Positions 40,875 to 50,879 are shown, counted from the first letter of the stretch. The stretch: DNA of 64,000 nucleotides from Cyanobium sp. NIES-981 (GCA_945901765.1 CAMDLO010000001.1:39740-103739), one strand, 5' to 3'. Numbers and translations: made by a program. The notes: a model not told the origin generated them from the sequence alone.

Positions 40875-41711
40875 TCAGGCCAGACCCAGGCCGGCCAGCA
40901 CCGTCTCCGGGGCGAGGCCGCTCAGTTGGCCCGCCGACCCGATCCCCTGCACGGCTCCTCGCCCGGGCAATTCGGCTGCATCACGGCCAAGGGCCACCAG
41001 GGGCAGACCCAACAGCAGGGCCAGCTCGATCACCACTGGATCACTGGCCAGCACCACATCGGCCAGGCCGATGCGAGCCGCCCGCTCTCGGAGCGAACCC
41101 GCGCCCGGATCGATGGTGCGCAGTCCGGGCAAGGTCCGTCGGATGCGCTCAGGCAGAGCCTGCCAGCGCTCTGCGGGCCAGTCAGCCGGGCCACCGAGCG
41201 GAGCCAGCAGCAGCAGGGGGCCATCGCCGGCGGGAATGGCCGGCGCCGCATCGGCCAGATCGCTCTGAGGCAGGGTGAGCCGGAAGGCGTCGGCGTCAAG
41301 CGTGACGCCGATGGGCCGGAGAAAGGCCTGCCAGTCGGCCTGGTTGGGCCAGCCGCCGCCGGGCGCCACCACCCGCTCGGTGGCCGAAAAGCCGCCGGTG
41401 GCGAGACGGGTGGGGATGTGGCTCATCGAGAGCATCAGATCCACCTGGCGACCGCTGGCCCGGTTGATGCAGAGCTGGAAATCGGGTTCGCGCACCGTGC
41501 CGAGCAGATTGGCCCAGTCGGCCAATGTGGCGCCCTCGAAGGCGAACGGAATCGGCTTCACCCGCTCCGGGTGGAGGCTCCAGATGGGGGCAGCCGCGGC
41601 CGCACACACCACCTGCACCTCAGCGCGGAGCTGATCGGCCACTGCGGCCACAGCGGGGAAGGCCTGAAGCTGACGGCTGCTGTCGCCCGGGATCAGGAAC
41701 AGGGCGCGCAT
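40875..41711 (-). CDS. Glycosyltransferase family 9 (heptosyltransferase-like) protein
   Basis: MRALFLIPGD N-terminus and a GT9-like two-Rossmann layout (LLLAPLGG..WP.E.W). Trimmed from the 547-aa track ORF to ATG 41711. Confidence 0.6.
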   Translation of the reverse strand: MRALFLIPGDSSRQLQAFPAVAAVADQLRAEVQVVCAAAAAPIWSLHPERVKPIPFAFEGATLADWANLLGTVREPDFQLCINRASGRQVDLMLSMSHIPTRLATGGFSATERVVAPGGGWPNQADWQAFLRPIGVTLDADAFRLTLPQSDLADAAPAIPAGDGPLLLLAPLGGPADWPAERWQALPERIRRTLPGLRTIDPGAGSLRERAARIGLADVVLASDPVVIELALLLGLPLVALGRDAAELPGRGAVQGIGSAGQLSGLAPETVLAGLGLA

Positions 41712-41783
41712 CGCAGATGGTCGGGCACGGTGGCCTGATTGTATGGAGCCTGTCTGTCTTGGCCCAGCGGGGCGAGGTTGTCT

Positions 41784-42464
41784 GTGCATCTGCTGATCGC
41801 CGCCGCCGGCAGCGGCCGCCGCATGGGGGCAGCCGGCAACAAACTGCTGCTGGAGGTGGCCGGCCGGCCCGTGCTGGCGTGGACCCTTGAAGCGGCCCTG
41901 GCCTCGCCGAGCGTGCACTGGATCGGCATCGTCGGGCAGCCGGTGGATGCCGATCCGATCGCCGCGATCGTCGCCGCCGCCGCGGCGGACCGGCCCGTGC
42001 AGTGGATCATTGGTGGCGATACCCGGCAGGAGTCGGTACGCCGGGGACTGGCCGCACTGCCTGAAGACGCGGAAGGCGTGCTGATCCACGATGGCGCCCG
42101 CTGCCTGGTGCAGCCCTCCCTGTTCGACCGCTGCGCCGAAGCCGTGGCTGGCGGTCTGGCCGTGATCGCCGCCACTCCCGTGACCGACACGATCAAGCAG
42201 GTGGATGGCCAGGGCACCATCACCGCCACGCCGGAGCGGAGCGGCCTCTGGGCAGCCCAGACACCTCAGGGGTTTGCGGTGGAGCGCCTGCGCCAGGCCC
42301 ATGCCCGGGCCGAGGCAGCCGGCTGGAGTGTGACCGACGATGCGGCCCTGTTCGAGCGGCTCGGCTGGCCAGTGCAGGTGCTGGAGGCGCCCGCCTCCAA
42401 CATCAAGCTCACCACACCCTTCGATCTGACCGTTGCGGCGGCCCTGCTGGCCGGACGCGGCTGA
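41784..42464 (+). CDS. ispD: 2-C-methyl-D-erythritol 4-phosphate cytidylyltransferase
   Basis: [12 protein letters not shown]...NKLLL, HDGARCL, AQTPQGF and VTDDA. GTG 41784. Confidence 0.9.
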   Translation: MHLLIAAAGSGRRMGAAGNKLLLEVAGRPVLAWTLEAALASPSVHWIGIVGQPVDADPIAAIVAAAAADRPVQWIIGGDTRQESVRRGLAALPEDAEGVLIHDGARCLVQPSLFDRCAEAVAGGLAVIAATPVTDTIKQVDGQGTITATPERSGLWAAQTPQGFAVERLRQAHARAEAAGWSVTDDAALFERLGWPVQVLEAPASNIKLTTPFDLTVAAALLAGRG

Positions 42465-42527
42465 AGGTTGTGCGCTGCCGCGCTGCCGCTGCCGCTGCCG
42501 CGCAGAGCTGCCGGGCAAGGGGGCCGA

Positions 42528-43466
42528 TCAGGGCATCTCCAGCTGCAGCAGGCCGGCCGTGGCGTCGAGCCGGGCCCTGGCGCCGAGTGGAAGGGCCGCG
42601 TTGCCGCAGCGGTGGCCCACCGGCAGCCCTGCCAACACAGGAATGCCGAGATCAGCCGTGCGCTCTCGCAGCACCTGCTCCAGCCGCCGATGGGCCGAGG
42701 CCGCGCCCGCCGAAGCCTGGTCGCCCTGCTCAGAGTCGGTGTCATCACAATCGGTGAACGCCCCGAAGCCGATCCCGGCGAGCTGACCCAGGGCACCGGC
42801 CAGCCTCCAGTGGGTGAGCATCCGATCGAGGCGATAGGGAGCCTCGCCCACGTCCTCAAGCACCAGGATCGCCCCCGCCAGAGCAGGCAGGTGGGCTGTG
42901 CCGAGCAGGTGGGTGGCAACCGTGAGATTGGCCACCAGCAGCGGCCCCGTGGCCACGCCTGCGCTCCAGCACTCCCCGGGCAGGGCAGACAGCGGCTCAC
43001 CGAACAGAAGCTGCCGCAGCCGCTGCCGGCTCCAGGCGGGCTCGGCCGCCAGAGTGGTGAGCAGCGGACCGTGCACGGCCCCGCCGCTTCCCTGAGCCAG
43101 CTGGGCCCAGAGCAGGGAGGTCACATCGCTGAAACCGAGCAGCCAGCGGGGGGGCAGTGTGAGCGGTTGCTCCAGCAACCGCGCCGAACCCCAGCCACCG
43201 CGCAGGCAGGCCAACAGCGCCGCAGCGTGCTGGTCCGGTCGCTCCAGATCAGCGCGCCGGTCCTGGTCCGATCCGGCCAGGTAGCCCCACACGCGCCCGT
43301 GCAGCGGGCGCCGTTCCACCACCAGACCCCAGTCCTCCAGAACAGCAATCCCCGCATCCAGCCGCTCCAGTGCGGCCGGATCGGCGAGGGCGGAACTGGC
43401 GGCCGCCAGCCCGACCCGATCGCCAGGCCGCAAGGGCCTGGGCCAGCACAGCGCCGGGGCGCTCAT
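42528..43466 (-). CDS. LD-carboxypeptidase (peptidase S66)
   Basis: RGGWGSARLL and the GFSDVTSL nucleophile block, plus the ILVLEDVGEAPYRLDRML block. The ATG shares one nt with the ubiA stop. Confidence 0.85.
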   Translation of the reverse strand: MSAPALCWPRPLRPGDRVGLAAASSALADPAALERLDAGIAVLEDWGLVVERRPLHGRVWGYLAGSDQDRRADLERPDQHAAALLACLRGGWGSARLLEQPLTLPPRWLLGFSDVTSLLWAQLAQGSGGAVHGPLLTTLAAEPAWSRQRLRQLLFGEPLSALPGECWSAGVATGPLLVANLTVATHLLGTAHLPALAGAILVLEDVGEAPYRLDRMLTHWRLAGALGQLAGIGFGAFTDCDDTDSEQGDQASAGAASAHRRLEQVLRERTADLGIPVLAGLPVGHRCGNAALPLGARARLDATAGLLQLEMP

Positions 43467-44383
43467 CACGGCAGTCTCCCCACCACAAGTGCCAGCAGCA
43501 TCAGAGCGCCGAACTGCACCTGGCGACTGAAGTGGCGGGCGCAGACTGCCGGCGTGGGCTCGCCGCCGCGGCGCTGCCGTTGGATCAGCTGCAGCCCCTG
43601 GGCGACCATCGCCACAGCTGCCGTCAGCCCCAGCAACCAGCCCAACGGGTTGAGGCCGCGCAGGCCGGCCGCCAGAGCGAGGCAGAGGCTGGTGCCCAGG
43701 TAGCAGAGGGTCACCGCCAGCGGCGCCTGCCGGCCGAGGCTCAGGGCACTGCTGCGCACACCGATGCGGCGGTCGTCAGCGCGGTCGGCCATCGCATAGA
43801 CCGTGTCGAAACCGAAAGTCCAGAGCAGGGTGGCCAGCCAGGTGAGCGCCAGGGGCCAGCCGCCGGTGAGGGCGCCGCTGGCGGCGGCCCAGGGGATCAG
43901 CACAGCGAAACCCCAGCAGAAGGCCAGCACGAGCTGGGGGAAGGCAAACCAACGCTTGGCGGATGGATAGAGGAGCACCGGGGGCAGGCAGGCCAGCGCC
44001 AGGAGCAGGCACAGACCCCGCTGGGCCGCGGGCAGACCGACCACCACCACCACCAGGGCCAGGCCGAGGCAGACCAGCAGCAGCAGAGCGGCTTCGAGCA
44101 CACCCAGCCGACCCGCGGCGAGCGGCCGACAGCGCGTGCGCTCCACCAGGGGGTCGATGCGGCGATCCCAGAGGTCGTTGGCGATGCAACCGGCAGCGCT
44201 CACCGCCAGACCACCCAGCACGATCCAGCCCACCAGAGGCAGCGGCGGCGGCACGGCCGGCAGCAGCCACAGGCTCCAGCCGGCAGGAATCAGCAAAATC
44301 AGCCGACCGCTCGGCTTGTGCCAGCGCACCAGCTCCAGCCAGAGGCGCCAACGGGGCACGGCAACGGTGGGCGAGCCTGTCAA
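43466..44383 (-). CDS. ubiA: 4-hydroxybenzoate polyprenyltransferase (UbiA family; plastoquinone pathway in cyanobacteria)
   Basis: GCIANDLWDRRID (NDxxDxxxD) and YAMADRADD. The track start is TTG 44383; GTG 44359 is possible. Confidence 0.85.
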   Translation of the reverse strand: MTGSPTVAVPRWRLWLELVRWHKPSGRLILLIPAGWSLWLLPAVPPPLPLVGWIVLGGLAVSAAGCIANDLWDRRIDPLVERTRCRPLAAGRLGVLEAALLLLVCLGLALVVVVVGLPAAQRGLCLLLALACLPPVLLYPSAKRWFAFPQLVLAFCWGFAVLIPWAAASGALTGGWPLALTWLATLLWTFGFDTVYAMADRADDRRIGVRSSALSLGRQAPLAVTLCYLGTSLCLALAAGLRGLNPLGWLLGLTAAVAMVAQGLQLIQRQRRGGEPTPAVCARHFSRQVQFGALMLLALVVGRLP

Positions 44384-44462
44384 GGCTTGTGTTCAGGTGC
44401 GATGCAGGCTAGGGGGTTACAGGGGGTGGCAAAGTGGCCCGGCCCTGTGCCAGTCCGGCCCC

Positions 44463-46118
44463 ATGGATCAGGCCCCAGCGCCCCAGCAGGCTGATCGGCG
44501 GCGTGTGGCGGCCATCGACATCGGCACCAATTCGATCCACCTGCTGATCGCCGAAGTTGACGAACAGCTGCGCAGCTTCTCGGTTGTGCTGGCCGAAAAA
44601 GCCACCACCCGGCTGGGTGAACGGGACCCCGACAGCGGCGACCTCAGCGCCGATGCCATCGAGCGCGCCTTTCGCACCCTGCGGCACGACCGCCAGCTGG
44701 CGGAGAGCCATGGGGTGGAGCAGATCGTCACCGCCGCCACCAGCGCCGTGCGCGAGGCGCCGAATGGTCGCGAGTTTCTGCAGGCCCTGCAAGACCAGCT
44801 CGGCCTGGACGTCGATCTGGTGAGCGGCCCGGAGGAAGCCCGGCTGATCTACCTGGGCGTGCTCTCCGGCATGAGCTTCGGGGACCGGCCGCACACGATC
44901 ATCGACATCGGCGGCGGCTCCACCGAACTGGTGCTGGCCGATGGCTCCGACGCCCGCGTGCTCACCAGCACCCGTATCGGCGCCGTGCGGCTGCAGCGTG
45001 AGTTCTGCCAGCCCGATCCGATCCCAGCGGAGCGTCGCGGATTCCTGCAGGCCTACATCCAGGGAGCGATGGATCCTGCGGTGGCCGAACTGAAACGGGC
45101 CCTCAGGCCCGGGGAGATCCCCCAGCTCGTGGGCACCAGCGGAACGGCGATGGCTCTGGCGGCTCTCGCAGCCGCCGAGGACCAGGCCCCGCCCCTGAAG
45201 CTCCAAGGCTTCCGGCTCAGCCGCGACCGCATCGACCAGCTGGTCGAGCGCCTGGTGACCATGACGCCCGAGCAGCGGCGGGCGCTGACGGCGATCAACG
45301 ACCGTCGGGCCGAGATCATCGTGCCCGGGGCCCTGATCCTGCAGACCACGATGGCGATGCTGGGGGCACGCGATCTGGTGGTCTGCGACCGGGCCCTGCG
45401 GGAAGGCTTGATCGTGGACTGGATGCTGCGCAACCAGCTCCTGGGCGACCGCTTCTCGTTCCAGAGCACGATCCGGGAGCGCACGGTGCTCCATCTGGCC
45501 CGCAGCTTCGGGGTGGACAGGAGCAGGGCCGACCGGGTGGCGGGCTACGCCCTGAGCCTCTACGACCAGACCCGGGGCCTGCTCCATGACGACGACAGCG
45601 CGGATGGCTGCGGTGAAGAGGGGCGCCAGCTGCTCTGGGCGGCAGCCCAGTTGCACACCTGCGGCAAGAGCATCAACATCTCGGCTTATCACAAACACAG
45701 CTGGTACCTGATCCGTCACGGGGAGCTGCTGGGGTACTCGCACATGGAACACCTGATGGTGGCGGCGATTGCCCGCTACCACCGCCGCAGCCTGCCCAAG
45801 AAGCGGCACGAGGCGTGGCAGCTGATCACGGGCCGCGAGCAGCGTCGCTGCGTGGCTGCGATGGCACTGCTGCTGCGGCTGGCCGCCGCCCTCGACCGCC
45901 GCCCGGCCGACGGGATCGCGACGATCCGGGTGCGACCGATCGCGACCGGCAGCGATCGCGGTCTGGAGGTGGAGCTGGTGCCCCGCCAAGGGGCGCCGGG
46001 TGAACCGGCCGTGGATCTCAGCCTGGAGCGGTGGAGCCTGGGGGCCTGCAGCGACGTGGTCATGGAGGCCAGCGGTCTGCAGCTCAGGGTGCTGGAGCCG
46101 ACGGGCGAGCCTGGCTGA
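44463..46118 (+). CDS. ppx: Exopolyphosphatase (Ppx/GppA) with C-terminal HD domain
   Basis: VAAIDIGTNSIHLLIAE, IIDIGGGSTEL, and an HD-like HKHSWYLI... Confidence 0.9.
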   Translation: MDQAPAPQQADRRRVAAIDIGTNSIHLLIAEVDEQLRSFSVVLAEKATTRLGERDPDSGDLSADAIERAFRTLRHDRQLAESHGVEQIVTAATSAVREAPNGREFLQALQDQLGLDVDLVSGPEEARLIYLGVLSGMSFGDRPHTIIDIGGGSTELVLADGSDARVLTSTRIGAVRLQREFCQPDPIPAERRGFLQAYIQGAMDPAVAELKRALRPGEIPQLVGTSGTAMALAALAAAEDQAPPLKLQGFRLSRDRIDQLVERLVTMTPEQRRALTAINDRRAEIIVPGALILQTTMAMLGARDLVVCDRALREGLIVDWMLRNQLLGDRFSFQSTIRERTVLHLARSFGVDRSRADRVAGYALSLYDQTRGLLHDDDSADGCGEEGRQLLWAAAQLHTCGKSINISAYHKHSWYLIRHGELLGYSHMEHLMVAAIARYHRRSLPKKRHEAWQLITGREQRRCVAAMALLLRLAAALDRRPADGIATIRVRPIATGSDRGLEVELVPRQGAPGEPAVDLSLERWSLGACSDVVMEASGLQLRVLEPTGEPG

Positions 46119-46836
46119 AGCGGCTCCATCTCACCGATTCGATCGTGCCCAGCGGTGTGGGGGCCGCACCGTTCACGCTGACGGTGACCAGATCAGGGCG
46201 GCCGGCTAGCACCTGCAGCTCGCCGGTGAGAGGAAACCGACGTTCACCGCGGAAGGTTCCCCGGAACAGGACGGTGTCGTCGCTGCGCCGCACCTCCAAC
46301 CAACTGGGCTCGCTGGCCTGCAGCCGCAGTTCGGGCGGCCTGGCTGCGACAGGTGGTCGCGTCGTCGCTGGAGTGGGAGTCCTCGCCGGCGCCTGCGGCT
46401 GGGCTTGCCTGCCCCAATTCTGAACCACACCCCAGAGGGCTGCCGACCCCAGACCAAGGGCAGCGGCAGCGGCGATCGCACGGAGCGCGGTGGGCGGCAG
46501 CCCGACGCCCCCGGGGGCAGCGGCCGCAGGCGGAACAACGGCGGGCTCGCGGCGCGGCACGGGAGCAGGACGGGCCGAGCGGGTCTGGCCGGACCGCAGA
46601 GCGGCGACATCCGCATCGATGTTCAGGCCAAGACTGGCGGCGACCCGACGGGCCTGAGCCACCACGAAGACCGGTTCCGGCAGGGCCTCTCCATCCCCCT
46701 CCTCCAGAGCCCGCAACTGCTCGACCCCCATGTGGAGCCGAGCCGCCATCTGTTCGCGCGACATGCCTCTGGCCAGGCGGGCCTGTTCAAGGGCCTGGCC
46801 TAACCGTTGAAGTTCAGGACTCTGCGCTGCGCTCAA
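46084..46836 (-). CDS. RodZ-like protein (N-terminal HTH, Pro-rich linker, TM, DUF4115-like C-terminus)
   Basis: LGQALEQARLARGMSREQMAARLHMGVEQLRALEEGD (HTH_25-like). TM segment LRAIAAAAALGLGSAALWGVV. C-terminal SWLEVR.D....F.G......FP.....L..G.P. TTG start. Confidence 0.7.
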   Translation of the reverse strand: MSAAQSPELQRLGQALEQARLARGMSREQMAARLHMGVEQLRALEEGDGEALPEPVFVVAQARRVAASLGLNIDADVAALRSGQTRSARPAPVPRREPAVVPPAAAAPGGVGLPPTALRAIAAAAALGLGSAALWGVVQNWGRQAQPQAPARTPTPATTRPPVAARPPELRLQASEPSWLEVRRSDDTVLFRGTFRGERRFPLTGELQVLAGRPDLVTVSVNGAAPTPLGTIESVRWSRFSQARPSAPAP

Positions 46837-46962
46837 GGCTCCGATGGCACAAACCCGGCAGGAGCAAACCCGCCAGGCGGAATGAACGCATTGTGAAGCC
46901 CCTGTCCAGAGCGTGGCTTGCCCCCGTCACCTGCGTTGATCGGCACAACTCAGGGCCGCAAC

Positions 46963-47012
46963 CGAAAAAGATTCTCAGCGCTTCTAGATACAAACCAAAG
47001 AAGCAGGCTGAG
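46963..47012 (-). terminator. Rho-independent terminator downstream of tRNA-Val
   Basis: The minus strand reads CTCAGC-CT-GCTTCT (13-nt loop) AGAAGC-GCTGAG followed by AATCTTTTTCGG. Confidence 0.55.
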
Positions 47013-47023
47013 TGTTAAAAATA

Positions 47024-47095
<72 letters not shown>

Positions 47096-47312
47096 ATTGT
47101 CGTCGTCAATCACGGATGCAAAATCTGCTACGACTATGGGTCGACAGATTTTTTGGAGTTCATCAACAATTTAGCTGACCGGTTCAACTAAGGCTGACTA
47201 ATTCGCATCGATGACACGTCAAGATCAGGTGGCGCCTCAACCAGTTTCAGGACTGCCACTGGGCAGAACTGTCGGGGAGCAGGCCGGGCAGAGAACTCTG
47301 GGTGGGACAAGA

Positions 47313-47356
47313 CAGAAAAATCTGCCTTGCTGGATGGGGCAGAAAAATCTGCCTTG
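47313..47356. repeat. 17-bp direct repeat CAGAAAAATCTGCCTTG x2 (period 27), with a third CTGCCTTG at 47390-47397
   Basis: Read directly, in the non-coding tract between tRNA-Val and the mqo-like gene. Confidence 0.85.
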
Positions 47357-47436
47357 GATCCATCCGAGAGACGAACTGCCGGATCACAGCTGCCTTGCAG
47401 ACAGCTGTCTGAGACGTTTGCCCGAGACGCCATCTA

Positions 47437-47474
47437 AGACGGTTGTCTGAGACGGTTGTCTTGGACGTTGTCTG
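47437..47474. repeat. 13-bp tandem repeat AGACGGTTGTCTG x3 (third copy degenerate); each unit is an AGAC-N4-GTCT inverted repeat
   Basis: Read directly. The related GTCTGAGAC palindrome also occurs at 47406-47414. Confidence 0.85.
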
Positions 47475-47586
47475 ACGACGATCTGATCGTACCTCATGAC
47501 CGCTCCGGCAGGCCTGCCGACCAACAGCGCCTCACCAGGGTCGTGCCACGATCCATCACCATAGGGAAGCAACCACCATTCCGGCC

Positions 47587-49104
47587 TTGCCCACCGCCCC
47601 AGGCTCTACCAGCGACGCGCCCGCTCCCGCCACCGCTCCTGCGGGCGGTGCACCGGTGGCGGCGACCACGGCGCCGCTCGACGTGCTGATCGTGGGGGGC
47701 GGCGTCTGCGGCACGGCTCTGTTGTTTGAGCTGGCCCGCTACACCGATCTGAGCCGGATCGCGCTGGTGGAGCGCTACGACGCACTGGCGCGGGTGAACT
47801 CCAGGGCCACCAACAACAGCCAGACCATCCACTGCGGCGACATCGAGACCAATTACACCCTGGAGAAGGCTGTGAAGGTCAAGCGCACGGCCGAGATGAT
47901 CGTGCATTACGCCGAGCTGCTGCCGCCTGAGCAGCGGCAGCGGTGCGTGTTCCGCACCCCCAAGATGGTGCTGGCCGTGGGGGAGAGGGAGTGCGCCGGC
48001 CTGCGCGAGCGCTTTGCGCGCTTCTCGCCCCATTTCCCGGCGATGGAACTGCTGGAGAAGCCGCAGATCGCCGAGTGGGAGCCGAATGTGGCCCTGGTGG
48101 ATGGGCAGCTGCGGCCCGAGGAGCTGGTGGCGATCGGCATCCGCAGCACCTATACCGCCGTCGACTACGAAGAGCTGTCTCAGTCGTTCGTGGATCAGGC
48201 CCGGGCGGCCATCGAGGTCAGCAACGCCAGCGCCGACGGTGCGGCTGGAGCTCGCCGGCTCGATCTGCATCTGGGCACCTCGGTGCTGGAGATCGCCCAG
48301 GACGGTGATCTGTTCCGGGTGACCCTGGCCCCGACCCCAGGCTGCCGATCCGGCCAGGCAGCCGACGGAACGGCGCTGGCCCCAGCGGAGCTGCTGGCAC
48401 GCCATGTGGTGGTGAACGCCGGCGCCCACAGCCTGCTGATGGCCCAGCGGATGGGCTTCGGCCTGGAGTACTCCTGTCTGCCGGTGGCGGGCAGTTTTTA
48501 CTTCACCCCCGACCTGCTCAGGGGCAAGGTCTACACGGTGCAGAACGACAAACTGCCCTTCGCCGCCATCCACGGCGATCCCGACGTGCGGGCCCCCGGC
48601 CAGACCCGCTTCGGCCCCACCGCCCTGTTGCTGCCCCTGCTGGAGCGTTACAGACCCGCCTCCTTCTGGGAGTTTCTGAAGGTGCTGCGGCTCGACTGGG
48701 CCGTGCTGGCGGTGTTCTGGCAGTTGTTGCGGATCGCCGATATCCGCAACTACATCCTCAAGAACCTGCTGTTTGAAGTGCCCTGGCTGCGGCGGCGGCT
48801 GTTTCTGGCCGATGCCCGCAAGATTGTGCCCGGCATGAAGCTGGCCGATCTGCGGTTCGCCGAGGGCTACGGCGGCGTGCGCCCCCAACTGATCGACAAG
48901 CGCAATCGCAGGCTGATGCTCGGCGAAGCCAGCATCCCCGCCCTGCCTGGCCTGGTGTTCAATGTCACGCCATCGCCGGGAGGCACCTGCTGCCTGGGCA
49001 ATGCGGCCAGGGATCTCGAGGCGATTGTCGATCGACTCGGCTGCCGTTTCGACAACGAACGTCTCGCCCGTGAACTGTACGGGGAGTCCAGGGCCGGCAG
49101 CTGA
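47587..49104 (+). CDS. FAD-dependent oxidoreductase, malate:quinone oxidoreductase (MQO) family (tentative)
   Basis: DVLIVGGGVCGTALLFEL dinucleotide fold and an overall block order resembling Mqo (..NNSQTIHCG.., VVVNAGAHSL, FGPTA, GGVRPQLI, SPGGT). TTG track start; a GTG about 23 codons downstream is possible. Confidence 0.6.
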   Translation: MPTAPGSTSDAPAPATAPAGGAPVAATTAPLDVLIVGGGVCGTALLFELARYTDLSRIALVERYDALARVNSRATNNSQTIHCGDIETNYTLEKAVKVKRTAEMIVHYAELLPPEQRQRCVFRTPKMVLAVGERECAGLRERFARFSPHFPAMELLEKPQIAEWEPNVALVDGQLRPEELVAIGIRSTYTAVDYEELSQSFVDQARAAIEVSNASADGAAGARRLDLHLGTSVLEIAQDGDLFRVTLAPTPGCRSGQAADGTALAPAELLARHVVVNAGAHSLLMAQRMGFGLEYSCLPVAGSFYFTPDLLRGKVYTVQNDKLPFAAIHGDPDVRAPGQTRFGPTALLLPLLERYRPASFWEFLKVLRLDWAVLAVFWQLLRIADIRNYILKNLLFEVPWLRRRLFLADARKIVPGMKLADLRFAEGYGGVRPQLIDKRNRRLMLGEASIPALPGLVFNVTPSPGGTCCLGNAARDLEAIVDRLGCRFDNERLARELYGESRAGS

Positions 49105-49130
49105 GTCGGCGGGGTTCATGGAGCCGCAGC

Positions 49131-49997
49131 TCAATCCGCTGGCGTGGCCGCAGATCGGGCCCTGCCGGCGGAAGCCGAGCTGTCCGGGGGGCCATCCTCT
49201 GGTGCACCACCGCGGAACAGATGGCGGTGGCTGGGCGAATAGAGCCTGGAACGGGCCTGCTCGGGGGGCGCCAGGGCAGGACTCACCACATAGAGCGTGG
49301 TGCGGATCAGGGCTCGCTCGCGACTTGCCTGCGCCATCTCGGAAAGGGGCACAACGGTGAGCCATTGATCCGGCCAGCTCACCCGATAACCGATCGCCAC
49401 TGGGGTTTCGGCGGGATAGTGCTGCAGCAGTTCAGCCTGCACCTCCTCCACATGGCGGGCGGACAGATACAGGCAGAGGGAGGCGCGCAGGGCGGCCAGC
49501 CGAGCCAGGGATTCAGACGCCGGCACGCCGGTGCGCCCTCCCACGCGGGACAACACGATGGTCTGCACCAGGCCTGGAACCGTCAGTTCCGTCTGCAGAG
49601 CAGCGGCTGTGGCCTGGTAGGCACTGATTCCCGGCACCACCTCAACGCCGATGCCGGCATCGGCCAGACAACAGATCTGCTCGGCCAGCGCCCCGTACAG
49701 ACAAGGATCGCCATCGTGCAGACGAACCACTCGCAGACCCGCCTCAGCCCGCTCGACCACCAGAGCCATCAGCTCCTCCAGCGTGAGAGTGCTGGTGCGG
49801 ATGCACTCGCAGCCCGGGGGGGCCAGGGCGATGATCTGGGGACTGACCAGCGAGTCGGTCACCACCAGCACCTCGGCCCGCTCAATCGCCCGGGCGGCAC
49901 GGAGGGTGAGCAGATCAGGAGCCCCTGGCCCGGCCCCGACGATCCAGACGCGCGGGCCAGGCAGCCGCTCAGGGGCTGGATGAACGGAATCGCTCAA
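49131..49997 (-). CDS. cobM: Precorrin-4 C11-methyltransferase
   Basis: [23 protein letters not shown] and VVPGISA. TTG start overlaps the lgt stop (TTGA). Confidence 0.85.
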   Translation of the reverse strand: MSDSVHPAPERLPGPRVWIVGAGPGAPDLLTLRAARAIERAEVLVVTDSLVSPQIIALAPPGCECIRTSTLTLEELMALVVERAEAGLRVVRLHDGDPCLYGALAEQICCLADAGIGVEVVPGISAYQATAAALQTELTVPGLVQTIVLSRVGGRTGVPASESLARLAALRASLCLYLSARHVEEVQAELLQHYPAETPVAIGYRVSWPDQWLTVVPLSEMAQASRERALIRTTLYVVSPALAPPEQARSRLYSPSHRHLFRGGAPEDGPPDSSASAGRARSAATPAD

Positions 49998-50845
49998 TGG
50001 GCCACTCCGGCAGGATCAGGCAACGGCCGACGACGGGCTAGCAGCCACCACAGGCCAGCGGCGCCCAGGGCAATCAACAGCAGGCTCACCAATTGGGCCA
50101 TGCGAATGCCCCCTTCACAGAACGGCGGCTGGGCAAACAGACAGAGAGGATCGATGCGCAGACCCTCGATCCATACCCGGCCTGCGCTGTAGGCCATCAG
50201 ATAGACGCAGCTGAGGGCACCGGCAGGCAGGTTGATGCGACCGCGACTGGCCAGGCGGAACAACATCAGCAGCAAGACAAGAACCCCAACATTCCAGAGG
50301 GACTCATACAGGAAAGTGGGATGAAAGTAGAGCTGATCAAGAAACTCCGGCGGCCGATTGGCCGCTGGAATCTGCAGACGCCAGGGCAGATCGGTCGGCA
50401 GTCCGAAGGCTTCGGAGTTGAAGAAATTGCCCCAGCGGCCGATGGCCTGGCCCAGGGCCACAGCCGGCATCAGCACATCCAGGAGAGGCCAGAAGGGCTG
50501 CCGACGCCAGCGGCAATAAAGGATCGTGGTGAGTGCACCGCCGATCAGGGCACCGTGGATGGCGATGCCGCCCCGCCAGATGGCCAGAGCTTCCACTGGA
50601 TTGGCGGCGTACTGACGCCATTCGAGGGCCACGTAGTAGAGGCGTGCCCCAATCACGGCACCGAGCACCAGCAAAGGCAGCAGATCAGCAATCAGGGCAG
50701 GCTCAATGCCTCTGGCGCGGCCCAGCCTGGTGGCCAGGGCCAGCCCCGCAAGCACGGCGGCCGCAATCAGCAGGCCGTACCAGCGCAGGGAAAAGGGGCC
50801 CAGCTGGAAGACCAGGGGCCCCGGGGAAGTGAAGGTGGCAAGCAT
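49994..50845 (-). CDS. lgt: Prolipoprotein diacylglyceryl transferase
   Basis: [21 protein letters not shown] and [16 protein letters not shown] 50845 is preferred over GTG 50869. Confidence 0.9.
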   Translation of the reverse strand: MLATFTSPGPLVFQLGPFSLRWYGLLIAAAVLAGLALATRLGRARGIEPALIADLLPLLVLGAVIGARLYYVALEWRQYAANPVEALAIWRGGIAIHGALIGGALTTILYCRWRRQPFWPLLDVLMPAVALGQAIGRWGNFFNSEAFGLPTDLPWRLQIPAANRPPEFLDQLYFHPTFLYESLWNVGVLVLLLMLFRLASRGRINLPAGALSCVYLMAYSAGRVWIEGLRIDPLCLFAQPPFCEGGIRMAQLVSLLLIALGAAGLWWLLARRRPLPDPAGVAH

Positions 50846-50879
50846 GGAACAGGAAATGGGGCCACTCACGCCAGCAAGG

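Noticed and set aside
40875-42518. 547-aa minus ORF implying a large protein covering the ispD locus. The extended ORFs 58309..59958, 58528..60717, 44136..46118 and 34213..35883 are similar cases
   Set aside because: In each case only the distal part carries family motifs, and a start codon at the conserved N-terminus exists. The upstream portions overlap genes on the other strand.
47188-47450. 81-aa (minus) and 79-aa (plus) ORFs in the tRNA-Val flank
   Set aside because: Their only notable features (SKADFS x2, QKNLP x2) are direct translations of the DNA repeats. No RBS-like sequence or hydrophobic/structural pattern is present, so the tract is more likely non-coding.
47096-47586. Known structured RNAs (tmRNA, RNase P RNA, 6S, SRP RNA) in the large non-coding tract
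   Set aside because: The hallmark sequences I know are absent: a tRNA-like GGTTCGATTCC end for tmRNA, GAGGAAAGTCC for RNase P RNA, and the SRP domain IV motif. A covariance-model search is still advisable.
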